Shown here: piece by piece, positions 5,671 through 15,808 of the stretch
How the letters are laid out: every line of letters starts with the position of its first letter
How positions within the stretch are numbered: the stretch's first letter is position 1
Source: Phycisphaera mikurensis NBRC 102666
GTDB lineage: Bacteria > Planctomycetota > Phycisphaerae > Phycisphaerales > Phycisphaeraceae
NCBI RefSeq assembly: GCF_000284115.1
Contig: NC_017081.1
Span: forward strand, 30,001-62,000
Direction: 5' to 3'
Length of the DNA: 32,000 nucleotides
Position numbers and translations under genes: made by a program
Notes under the pieces: model-generated
Told to the model about the DNA's origin: nothing
What the model saw: the letters and a program-made list of their open reading frames with translations, nothing else
Databases searched by the model: none

Positions 5671-5985
5671 ATGATGAAACACGCCGACTGCATCAAGACC
5701 TGCCTCGAGTGCGCCGCGGACTGCGACCACTGCCTCGCGAAGATGGCCGGGATGCAGAGCTCCAACGAGTGCCCCGCCTGCTGCATCGATTGCGCCGCGG
5801 CCTGCCGGGCCTGCGCCACGCTGCTCGCCTGCGAGGGGCCGTTCTCGAAGGAAGCCTGCGAGCTGTGTGCGAAGGCGTGCGAGCGGTGCGCCGACGCCTG
5901 CGAGCAACACGACCACGAGCACTGCAAGAAGTGCGCGGAGAGCTCCCGGCGCTGCGCCGAGGCGTGCCGCGCCATGGCCGCCTGA
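5671..5985 (+). CDS. Cys-rich four-helix-bundle copper-binding/storage protein (Csp3/DUF326-like, cytosolic)
   Basis: This is the 3' part of ORF 5269-5985, with the start reset to ATG 5671. The 104-aa product MMKHADCIKTCLECAADCDHCL...CAEACRAMAA has about 20 Cys in CxxxC/CxxC heptad-like spacing and no signal peptide. Confidence 0.85.
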   Translation: MMKHADCIKTCLECAADCDHCLAKMAGMQSSNECPACCIDCAAACRACATLLACEGPFSKEACELCAKACERCADACEQHDHEHCKKCAESSRRCAEACRAMAA

Positions 5986-6103
5986 ACCTTGAACGCCCCC
6001 GCCGGACCCGCCCGCAGCCCACGGGCCGGTCCTTTCGCACCCCCGACTCTTCTCCCCGCCGGAGGCCATCATCCGACCCGCCGCCCTCGCCCTTTTCCTG
6101 CTC

Positions 6104-6478
6104 GTGCCCGTCGGCTGCACCGACACTCGGCAGATCATCGACGACGCCTTCGTCGTCGGCAACCCCGCCGAGCCCGACGCCCCGGCCGGGATGATGCCGG
6201 TCGCGCCGCGCTGGCTCACGATCGCGCATACCGGCCGCGGACCCACGGAGACCGCGGCCGTGGATCCCGAACCGGTGCTCCCGATGATGGACGCCGCCTG
6301 GAAGGTCCGTGAGTTGCCCCCCGGCCTGGAGGAGGCAGACACCGGCGAGGTGAAGGACGCATCCGAGCGGGCGCCGCTGTTCCGGCAGGACGCACCGGAG
6401 CCGGGGATGAAGAACCTGCCTCGCAGCGGCTTCACCGGGACAAACCAGCAGGCCCCCGAAGCGGAGGCCGAACGATGA
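6104..6478 (+). CDS. Small acidic Pro-rich protein, possibly a lipoprotein with a non-canonical start further upstream
   Basis: ORF track, with a GTG start. GC3 is high. The stop overlaps the next gene's ATG (ATGA). Upstream, the same open frame encodes IIRPAALALFLLVPVGC with no ATG/GTG/TTG codon ahead of it (see findings). Confidence 0.45.
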   Translation: MPVGCTDTRQIIDDAFVVGNPAEPDAPAGMMPVAPRWLTIAHTGRGPTETAAVDPEPVLPMMDAAWKVRELPPGLEEADTGEVKDASERAPLFRQDAPEPGMKNLPRSGFTGTNQQAPEAEAER

Positions 6479-8211
6479 AGCAGTTGCTCTTCACCACCAC
6501 GGCGCTTGCCTTGGCTGCCAGCGCCTGCACCTCCGCCCCGCGAGACGCGGGCTTCGGCGACGTCGCCGACACCGCGAAGACCCGCGGCGGCGTCTCGCCC
6601 GCCTGGACCCGCACCCCCGACGCCGACCGCGAAGCGGACCGGATCGTCCGCGAGACGCTCGCGCAGCCGCTCACCGCCGAGGCGGTGGTCCGCGTGGCGA
6701 TCCTGCACAACCGCGACCTGCAGGCGGTGTACGAGGAGCTGGGCATCTCCCGGGGCCAGCTCATCCAGGCCGGCCTCCCGGACAATCCGGTCTTCGTGTG
6801 GGACACCTGGTTCTTCAACGCCGGCACCAGCTTCGAGGGCGCCCTGTTCCAGAACCTGATCAGCGTCTTCACGATCCCGCTGCGGCGCGAGATCCAAGGC
6901 GAGCAGTTCGAAGCCGCGAAGCGGCGGGTCGCCGCCGCCGTCCTGGCCACCATCGGCGACGCCCGGCGGGCCTACGTCACCTTCCTCACCCAGCGGCAAC
7001 TCGTGGACATGGAGCGGGCGGTGGTGACCGCCACCGAGGCCTCGTACCTGACCGCCGAGCGCCTCCGCCAGGCCGGCAACGTCCCGCAGCTGACGGTGCT
7101 GCGTGAACGGGCGCTGTACGAGGAATCCAAGCTCCAGCTGAACGTGGCGCTCGAGCAGCTCGCGGCCGCCCGGGAGGCGCTCAACCAGGTGATGAGCCTG
7201 TCCGGCTCGATGACCACTTGGACCGTGCCCGCGGGCTGGTCGCCGGTGGGCCCGCCCGCCGCGACGGTGGCGGCGGGGGAGGCGAGGCCGGGCGTCACCG
7301 GGCTCGAGCCCGGCGACACGACCGTTCTTGAGCTCGACAAGGTGGCCAAAGTCCCCGGTCCGACGCCGACGCCGATGGCGGACACCCCGCTGGACGCCGC
7401 GCGGAAGCTCGCGGGCCCGCCGCGGGCGGACAACCTCTCCACGCCGCCGGGGAGCGGGACGGCCGATGCCGCGTCGCCGGCCCCGGATCCGGCAATGCCG
7501 GATCTCTCCTGGCTGGGCGCGCTCTCCGAGCCCGGCGGCGCCGGGCTGCCCGACCCGCTGGTTCCCTCGCAGGAGCGGTCCGAGGCGGTGGAGCGCCGGA
7601 TCGTCGAACGCAGCCTCGTGCTCTCCGGCCAGCGGCACCTCATCGAGGCCCAGGCCACCCGGCTCAAGCTCCGCAACATCCTGGCCCTGTTCCCCTTCCT
7701 CAACGTGGGCATCACCACCGAGAAGGGCGCCGGGTCGAGCGAGTTCGGGCTCGGGCCGTCGGTCGCCACGCCGATCCCGGTCTTCGACCTCGGCCAGGGC
7801 ATCCGCCCGGAGGAAGCCTCGCGGCTCCGGCAGCGGCTGGAGACCTTCCTCTCCACCGCCACCTCCCTCCGCTCGCTGGCTCGGACGGCGGAGGTCCGGC
7901 TGCAGACCACCCGCGAGCGGGCCGCGTACCTCCGCGACGTGGTGCTCCCGCTGCACGCCTCGCTCGTGGCCGAGAGCCAGCTGCAGTACAACGCGATGGC
8001 CCTCACGCCCTTCGACCTGCTGCTCGCCAAGCGGCAGCAGATCGCCGCCGGCCGCGCCTACCTGCTCACCCTACGGGCGTACTGGCTGGCCTACGCCGAC
8101 CTTCAGCAGCTGCTCGACGGCTCGGTCCCGCCGATGCCCGGCGCGCCCGGGCTGTTCGTCGGCCCGGTGCTCGCTCCCATGCCGACCGTGCCCGCCATGG
8201 GCATGAACTGA
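6475..8211 (+). CDS. TolC/CzcC-family outer membrane efflux lipoprotein with a long Pro/Ala-rich insert
   Basis: ORF track, 578 aa. The signal and lipobox are LALAASAC. The segment AVVRVAILHNRDLQAVYEELGISRGQLIQAGLPDNP is typical of the OEP family. GGAGG lies 7 nt upstream of the ATG. A low-complexity insert of about 110 aa spans 7237-7569. Confidence 0.8.
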   Translation: MKQLLFTTTALALAASACTSAPRDAGFGDVADTAKTRGGVSPAWTRTPDADREADRIVRETLAQPLTAEAVVRVAILHNRDLQAVYEELGISRGQLIQAGLPDNPVFVWDTWFFNAGTSFEGALFQNLISVFTIPLRREIQGEQFEAAKRRVAAAVLATIGDARRAYVTFLTQRQLVDMERAVVTATEASYLTAERLRQAGNVPQLTVLRERALYEESKLQLNVALEQLAAAREALNQVMSLSGSMTTWTVPAGWSPVGPPAATVAAGEARPGVTGLEPGDTTVLELDKVAKVPGPTPTPMADTPLDAARKLAGPPRADNLSTPPGSGTADAASPAPDPAMPDLSWLGALSEPGGAGLPDPLVPSQERSEAVERRIVERSLVLSGQRHLIEAQATRLKLRNILALFPFLNVGITTEKGAGSSEFGLGPSVATPIPVFDLGQGIRPEEASRLRQRLETFLSTATSLRSLARTAEVRLQTTRERAAYLRDVVLPLHASLVAESQLQYNAMALTPFDLLLAKRQQIAAGRAYLLTLRAYWLAYADLQQLLDGSVPPMPGAPGLFVGPVLAPMPTVPAMGMN

Positions 8212-8257
8212 GCCCCCCAATACCTCCACCTCCCCCGGCCAGAGGCCGGCCCCCGCC

Positions 8258-9790
8258 ATGCCCGAGATCACCCGACGCACCGCACTCCGCTCCGCCACCC
8301 TCGGCGGCACCGCCGCCGCCCTGGCGGCCGCGCCGTCGATCGCCCGCGCCGCCACCACGCACACCGGAACCAACGGCACATCCGACGGCTTCGCCACCTC
8401 CCCCTCGGGCCAGAACCTCCCGAAGGACAACCCCTATGCCGACCTGCTCCGCGACACCACCGGCGCCGACTGGCGTGCCAAGATGGGCGGCGGCTCCTCC
8501 CTGGCCAAGGCCTACGAGGACTGGGAACGCATTGATCCCGACAAGCCGCTGCCCCCGGGCCGACCCGGCGTGGACTACACGCCGGTCATCACCCCCAACA
8601 ACGGCTCGTTGCCCTTCGAGATCCGCGACGGCGTGAAGGTCTTCCACCTCATCGCCGAAGAGGTGCAGCACCGCTTCGCCGAGGGCTTGGAGGCCTACAC
8701 CTGGGGCTACAACGGCGTCACGCAGGGCCCGACCATCGAGGCCGTCGAGGGCGAGCGGGTCTGCATCTACGTCACCAACAGGCTGCCGGCGCCGACCACG
8801 GTGCACTGGCACGGCTTCATCCTGCCGCACGGGATGGACGGAGTGAGTGGGCTCGAGCAGGCCCCGATCCTGCCCGGCGAGACCTTCAAGTACGAGTGGA
8901 CGATCCGCCAGAACGGCACGTTCATGTACCACAGCCATCACGACACCATGACCCAGGAGGGCATGGGCCTCACCGGCATGTTCATCGTGCACCCCCGGAG
9001 GGAGCTGTACCCCGCGAGCGGCCCCGGGGCGCTGGGGCCGGAGGTCGACCGCGAGTTCGCGATCATGCTCCAAACGTGGTTCATGGCGCCGGGCACCCAC
9101 CGGCCCGACCCGTTCTCGATGATGTTCAACCTCTTCACGATGAACGCCCATGTGATGCCCGACACCGAGCCCTTGGTGGCCCGGCTGGGCCAGCGGGTGC
9201 GGATCCGCTTCGGGAACCTCTCCGCCGTGCACCACCACCCGATCCACCTGCACGGCTACGAGTTCGCCGTGACCGCCGAGGACGGCCGCCGGATCCCCCC
9301 CGAGGACCAAGATATCCAAGCGACGATCTTCGTGCCCGTCGGGCGGACCAAGGACATCGAGCTCGTCGGCATCTACGAAGGCGACTGGGTCTTCCACTGC
9401 CACATGACCCACCACATCATGACGCAGATGATGCCCTTCACGAACACGGTGGGGATGGCGACCGCCGGGCGTGACGGACAAGCGGGTTTGGACGAGAAGT
9501 ACAAGGAGCTGCTCCCCGACTTCATGACCATGGGCAACGCCGGCATGAACGACCGCACCGGCCGGCCCATGCACCCGATCCCCGAAAACAGCCGCCCGAT
9601 GTACAAGGGCATGGGCCCCTTCGGAAAGCTCAGCGTCGCCGGCATGGCGAACCTGCTGAAGATCCGGCGGGACGTAAGCGACACGATGCTTGCCAACAAC
9701 ACCGACCCGGGCATGTATCGCGGCCCGCGGGCGACGCAGGCGCTGCCGGTGTCGCCCGCGGAGATGCGGGCGGCGGGGCTGGCCGTCTGA
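8258..9790 (+). CDS. Tat-exported multicopper oxidase (CopA/PcoA/CueO class) with Met-rich C-terminal extension
   Basis: ORF track, 510 aa. The Tat signal is MPEITRRTALRSATLGG...ARA. Copper-site motifs are HWHGF, HSHH and HPIHLHG, with HCHMTHH at 9395-9403. Confidence 0.9.
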   Translation: MPEITRRTALRSATLGGTAAALAAAPSIARAATTHTGTNGTSDGFATSPSGQNLPKDNPYADLLRDTTGADWRAKMGGGSSLAKAYEDWERIDPDKPLPPGRPGVDYTPVITPNNGSLPFEIRDGVKVFHLIAEEVQHRFAEGLEAYTWGYNGVTQGPTIEAVEGERVCIYVTNRLPAPTTVHWHGFILPHGMDGVSGLEQAPILPGETFKYEWTIRQNGTFMYHSHHDTMTQEGMGLTGMFIVHPRRELYPASGPGALGPEVDREFAIMLQTWFMAPGTHRPDPFSMMFNLFTMNAHVMPDTEPLVARLGQRVRIRFGNLSAVHHHPIHLHGYEFAVTAEDGRRIPPEDQDIQATIFVPVGRTKDIELVGIYEGDWVFHCHMTHHIMTQMMPFTNTVGMATAGRDGQAGLDEKYKELLPDFMTMGNAGMNDRTGRPMHPIPENSRPMYKGMGPFGKLSVAGMANLLKIRRDVSDTMLANNTDPGMYRGPRATQALPVSPAEMRAAGLAV

Positions 9791-9794
9791 TCGG

Positions 9795-9883
9795 CGGCCA
9801 AAGCACACTTCGTGTGCCGGGTCTTCAATTTCAACAAACTCCCCTTGGCACGAGCACTCGGCACACGGAGTGTGCTTTGGCCG
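9795..9883. repeat. 25-bp inverted repeat pair (24/25 complementary) flanking a 39-bp AT-richer core; each arm holds GCACAC-N3-GTGTGC
   Basis: Arm 1 is CGGCCAAAGCACACTTCGTGTGCCG (9795-9819). Arm 2 is CGGCACACGGAGTGTGCTTTGGCCG (9859-9883). The element lies between the MCO stop (9790) and the copA ATG (9904). Confidence 0.6.
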
Positions 9884-9903
9884 CTGCGCAGCAGAGACAT
9901 GCC

Positions 9904-12237
<2,334 letters not shown>

Positions 12238-12300
12238 GGGGGTCCGGCCCGTGGATGACGCTGCGGATCTCCGATGCCGAACCAGCCTCCCGATCTGACG

Positions 12301-12306
12301 TAGAAT
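12301..12306 (+). promoter_or_regulatory. Candidate -10 box TAGAAT directly upstream of the small Cys/His gene
   Basis: This AT-rich hexamer stands in a 70% GC context, 8 nt before GTG 12315. No SD is present. The -35 is weak (CGAACC). Confidence 0.3.
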
Positions 12307-12314
12307 CCCCCGTC

Positions 12315-12707
12315 GTGTCCCTGTTCCGCCGCCTGCCCACGCTGCTTGTCACGCTCTCGCTCCTCCTGGGGGCGGTGGTGCCGGCGGGCGGCGTGGCGGT
12401 GCTCTGCTTCGGCAAGGACCACATCGCCGTGGAGGCGATGCAGGAAGAGCACTGCGGCGATGGCCACGGTGAAGCGGGATCATCGCTCGCGAACGCGGAC
12501 CCGGACTGCAACGACCTGACGCCCTCAGCGGTGCCGCTGGACAGAGCCGGCGACGGAGCATCTGTTCCTTCGCTCCTGCCGCTCGCGTCTGCGTGGATCC
12601 CGATGAATCTCGGGGTGGACGCTCCCGCGGGCGTGGCGTGGGCCCCGCTCGCGCCGCGACCGCCGCCGCACCTGGTGTCGATCGACACGCTCGTCCTGCG
12701 TCTCTGA
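12315..12707 (+). CDS. Small signal-anchored Cys/His-rich protein heading the czc module (paralog of 2105-2533)
   Basis: This is the frame of ORF 12255-12707. I prefer GTG 12315, giving MSLFRRLPTLLVTLSLLLGAVVP... It contains VLCFGKDHIAVE, HCGDGHG and PDCND motifs, a Pro-rich segment and a C-terminal TLVLRL. Confidence 0.55.
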   Translation: MSLFRRLPTLLVTLSLLLGAVVPAGGVAVLCFGKDHIAVEAMQEEHCGDGHGEAGSSLANADPDCNDLTPSAVPLDRAGDGASVPSLLPLASAWIPMNLGVDAPAGVAWAPLAPRPPPHLVSIDTLVLRL

Positions 12708-12726
12708 AACGAGGAAGCCGTTCCGG

Positions 12727-12757
12727 CCCGTCCCCTCCCCTTCCCGGGGAGGGCGGG
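12727..12757 (+). terminator. GC-rich hairpin between the small Cys/His gene and czcC (attenuator or partial terminator candidate)
   Basis: CCCTCCCC (12733-12740), a TTCCC loop and GGGGAGGG (12746-12753) form the stem-loop, with an outer CCC/GGG extension across a small internal loop. It is followed by TCGCTGTTCGTTG. Confidence 0.3.
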
Positions 12758-12815
12758 TCGCTGTTCGTTGCCGCGCGCTTTGCGTGGTGTGCTTTCCCGC
12801 TTCTGACGCTTGACG

Positions 12816-14186
12816 ATGAAACTCCTTCTCCTCCCCGGCGCCGCCGCTGCGGCGTTGCTGCTGGCCGGCTGCGCCGGCTCTCCACCCGACCTGAACCCCG
12901 GCCGCATGGCGGCCGACGCCGCGGGCCTGGTCGCCACGGTAGACCTCCGCCCCGAGGCCGACCCGCTTGATGTTCCCGCGCCCGCCGATGTTGCCGGCGG
13001 CCTGGCAGCCACGGATGCCGCGGAGGCGGCCGTCCGCAACAGCCCCCGCGTGCAGGCCGCGCTCGCCGAGGTGCAGCGGGCGCTCGCCGACGCGCGGCAA
13101 GCCCGGCTGATCGCCAACCCGGTGCTCAGCCTGAACCTCCGCTTCGCCGCCGGCGACGCGGACGACGTCATCGAGGCCGGGCTCGCCCAGCCGCTGGTGG
13201 AGTTGCTCAGCCGGCCGGTGCGTGCCTCCGCCGCCGACGCGCGGCTGCGCGCGGCGGCGGCCGGAGCCGTCGTTGCGGCGATCGACGCCTTGGCCGAGGG
13301 GAGCCGCGCACACGCGGAGGCTCTCGCGGCCGAGCGACGCTTAGGCGTGCTGGAGGAGCAGGCCGCGTTGCTGGAACGCTTGCTCGGCCTGGCCCGGGCC
13401 CGGCTGGACGCCGGCGAGGCCTCGCCGCTGGAGGTGGCGGGCTTCGAAGCCCGCGAGGCCTCGCTCCGGGCAGAGGTGACGGCGCAGCGGTACGAGCGGG
13501 ACGCGGCGCAGCTCACGCTCGCCCGGCTGCTGGGACGGCCATCGGCGTCGCCGAACCTCACGCTCACGCCCTCAGACCCCGCTGACGCCCCCGGCGACGA
13601 GGCCGCTTGGCTGCGACGCGCCGCGGAAGCGCGGCCGGAGCTGGCCGCGGCCGTGCAGGAGCTGCTCGCCCTCGGCGACGACGTCCGCCTCGCGGGCTGG
13701 TCGGTGTTCGACGGCCTGGAGGCCGGCGTCGCGACCGAGACCGAGGGCGCCACCTCGATCGGCCCCGCCATCGGCGGGCCCATCCCGCTGTTCGACTTCG
13801 GGAAGCAGCGTCGGGCTGCTGCGCGGGCCGAAGTCCTCGCCGCGCGGCACCGCCTGCTTGGACTCCAGCGCACCGTGGTGGAGGAGGTCCGGCGGGCTCA
13901 CGCCGCATCGCTCAACGCGGCCGAGGTGGTCGCCGCCACCGAGGGCCGTGTCCTCCCGCTGGCCCGCGAGCGGGTCGAGCAGACCCGCGCCTCCTTCGAC
14001 GCCGGCTTCGCCGACGTCACCGACGTCCTCTCCGCCGAGTCGGACCTGCTCGACGCCGAGTCGCGCCTCGTCGACGCACGCCTCCGCGGGCGGCTGGCCG
14101 CCGCGGACCTGCGGCGGGCCGCCGGGGCGGCGCTCCCCGATCCCACCACCGAACCGACCCTCTCCACCACGGACAACCCCCGATGA
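12816..14186 (+). CDS. czcC: Outer membrane factor of the heavy-metal RND system (CzcC/TolC family lipoprotein)
   Basis: ORF 12810-14186, with ATG at 12816 ([19 protein letters not shown] lipobox). It has two Ala/Leu/Arg-rich coiled-coil repeats typical of OEP proteins. Its stop overlaps the czcB start (ATGA). Confidence 0.85.
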
Positions 14187-15580
14187 ACCCACGCATCCTC
14201 CCCCTCCTGCTGGCCGGCCTCACCGCCGCCTCCACCGCCGTGATCGGCTGCGAGCCGACCTCCGCCGCGGCGCCTGAAGACGACCACGCGGGGCATGACC
14301 ACGCCGAGCCGACCGCTGCGGGGCCCGACGACCACGGCGCCGAGGACGGTCACGATCACGGCGCAGCGCCCGAAGCCGCCGGGAGCGGCCACGCCGAAGA
14401 CGACGGCCACGGACACGGCTCCGGCGGAGAGGGCGAAGCCGAGGGCGCCCACGCCGACGAAGTCCGCCTGACCGAGGAGGCCGTCGCCGCCTACGGCATC
14501 CGCACCGCCCCGGTCGAGCGACGCCCGCTGGAGGGCGTCGTCTCGGCACCCGCCCGCGTCGGCTTCAACGAGGAGGCGATGGCCCACGTGGCGGCGCTTC
14601 TGCCCGGCCGCGTCGACACGCTGCACGCGAAGCTTGGCCAACAGGTGGCTGCCGGGGACGTGCTGATCGAGGTGCGCAGCCCCGAGCTCGGCCGGCTGCA
14701 GGCCGACTACTTCTCCGCCCGCTCCGCGGTGGAGGCCGCTCGCCCCGCGGTGGAGATCGCCCGCGACAACGCCGAGCGTGCCCGGACGCTCCTGGAGAAC
14801 GCCGGCGGCATCACCCAGACCGCGGTGCAGGAGCGCGAGGCGACGCTCGCCCAAGCCCAGCGCGAACTGACCGCGGCCGAGGCGGAGGTGTCCGCGGCCG
14901 AGAACACGCTGCGGCTCAACGGCGTGAGCGAGGACACGATCGCGGAGATCGCAAACACGCAGAAGGTCTCGCCGGTCTTTCAGGTCCTCGCCCCCATCGC
15001 CGGCGAGGTGGTGGAGCGCGAGGTCACCCCCGGCGAGCTGGTCGGCCCCGGCATGGGCGGCGGCGACGGGCCGCTGCTGGTGCTCGCCGACCTCTCCACG
15101 GTCTGGGTGGGCGTGGACGTGGCCGAAGCGCGGCTGGGCCGCATCGGCGTGGGCTCCGTAGCCTCGCTGACGGTGCCCGCGCTCGACGGCCGCCGCGTCG
15201 AGGGGGAGGTGACCTACGTGGACCCGCGCGTCGACGCCGGCTCCCGCACCGCCCGCCTGCGGGTGGAGGTGGACAACCCCGACGGCGTGCTCCGCCCCGG
15301 GATGTTCGCGCGGGCCGAGGTCGGCCCGAAGGAACCCGGCCGCGGCGTGCCTGCGCTGCCGGTCGACGCGGTGATGACCGTCGAGGGCGAGGACAGCGTC
15401 TTCGTGCCGGTCGAGGGCGAGAAGAACACCTTCGCCCGCCGCGCCGTTGCGGTCGGCCCGCGCGTCGGCGGTTTCGTGCCCCTGGTCCGCGGCCTGGAGG
15501 AGGGCGACGAGGTCGTCATTTCCGGCGGCTTCATCCTGAAAGCCGACCTCGGGAAGGCGGGTGCCGAGCATGCCCATTGA
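14183..15580 (+). CDS. czcB: RND periplasmic adaptor (CzcB/CusB-type MFP) with His/Asp-rich N-terminal extension
   Basis: This is the 3' part of ORF 13607-15580, with ATG at 14183. The lipoprotein-like signal is [17 protein letters not shown] His-rich region spans 14273-14458. Barrel-sandwich, hairpin and beta-barrel motifs are present ([38 protein letters not shown]). Confidence 0.9.
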
Positions 15581-15593
15581 GCCCGCACCCAAC

Positions 15594-15639
15594 CCGCGGA
15601 CCGCGGCCGGAATCACGCGAAAACCGCCACGGTCCGCGG
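15594..15639 (+). other. Perfect 10-bp stem (CCGCGGACCG/CGGTCCGCGG) with a 26-nt loop right after the czcB stop
   Basis: Read directly: 15594-15603 pairs with 15630-15639. Two further short hairpins lie at about 15663-15678 and 15735-15749, all inside the 228-bp czcB-czcA spacer. Confidence 0.4.
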
Positions 15640-15808
15640 ATCCAACTGCAAACGGAGGCTTCCAACGCGCGAGCGTTGTGGCCGCTGTTCAACGGGCACA
15701 ACGCCAGCGCTACCCGCACTCCCGCCGCTGAAGAACCTGCCTCCGCCGCAGGCGGACTTGCCCCGCTGCGTCTTCCCCCTCCCCCAACTCAAACAACACC
15801 GGTCCCCT

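Noticed and set aside
5650-7956. 768-aa ORF on the minus strand (also 5693-6229 and 6972-8030)
   Set aside because: It is antisense to csp, the small ORF and the TolC-like gene. Its composition is dominated by Arg/Gly/Pro/Ala/Glu with no recognisable motifs, which is typical of a high-GC shadow ORF. The plus-strand frames carry clear family signatures.
9846-9860. Sigma-54-like -24 element TGGCAC inside the inverted-repeat core
   Set aside because: The -12 element does not fit. CTCG stands where TTGC is expected, and there is no GC at the correct 10-nt offset from GG. No enhancer-binding protein gene is nearby.
9814-9903. Upstream extension of copA (MPGLQFQQTPLGTSTRHTECALAAAQQRHA)
   Set aside because: It would be translated through the inverted repeat element. 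The YHS-type domain begins right after ATG 9904.
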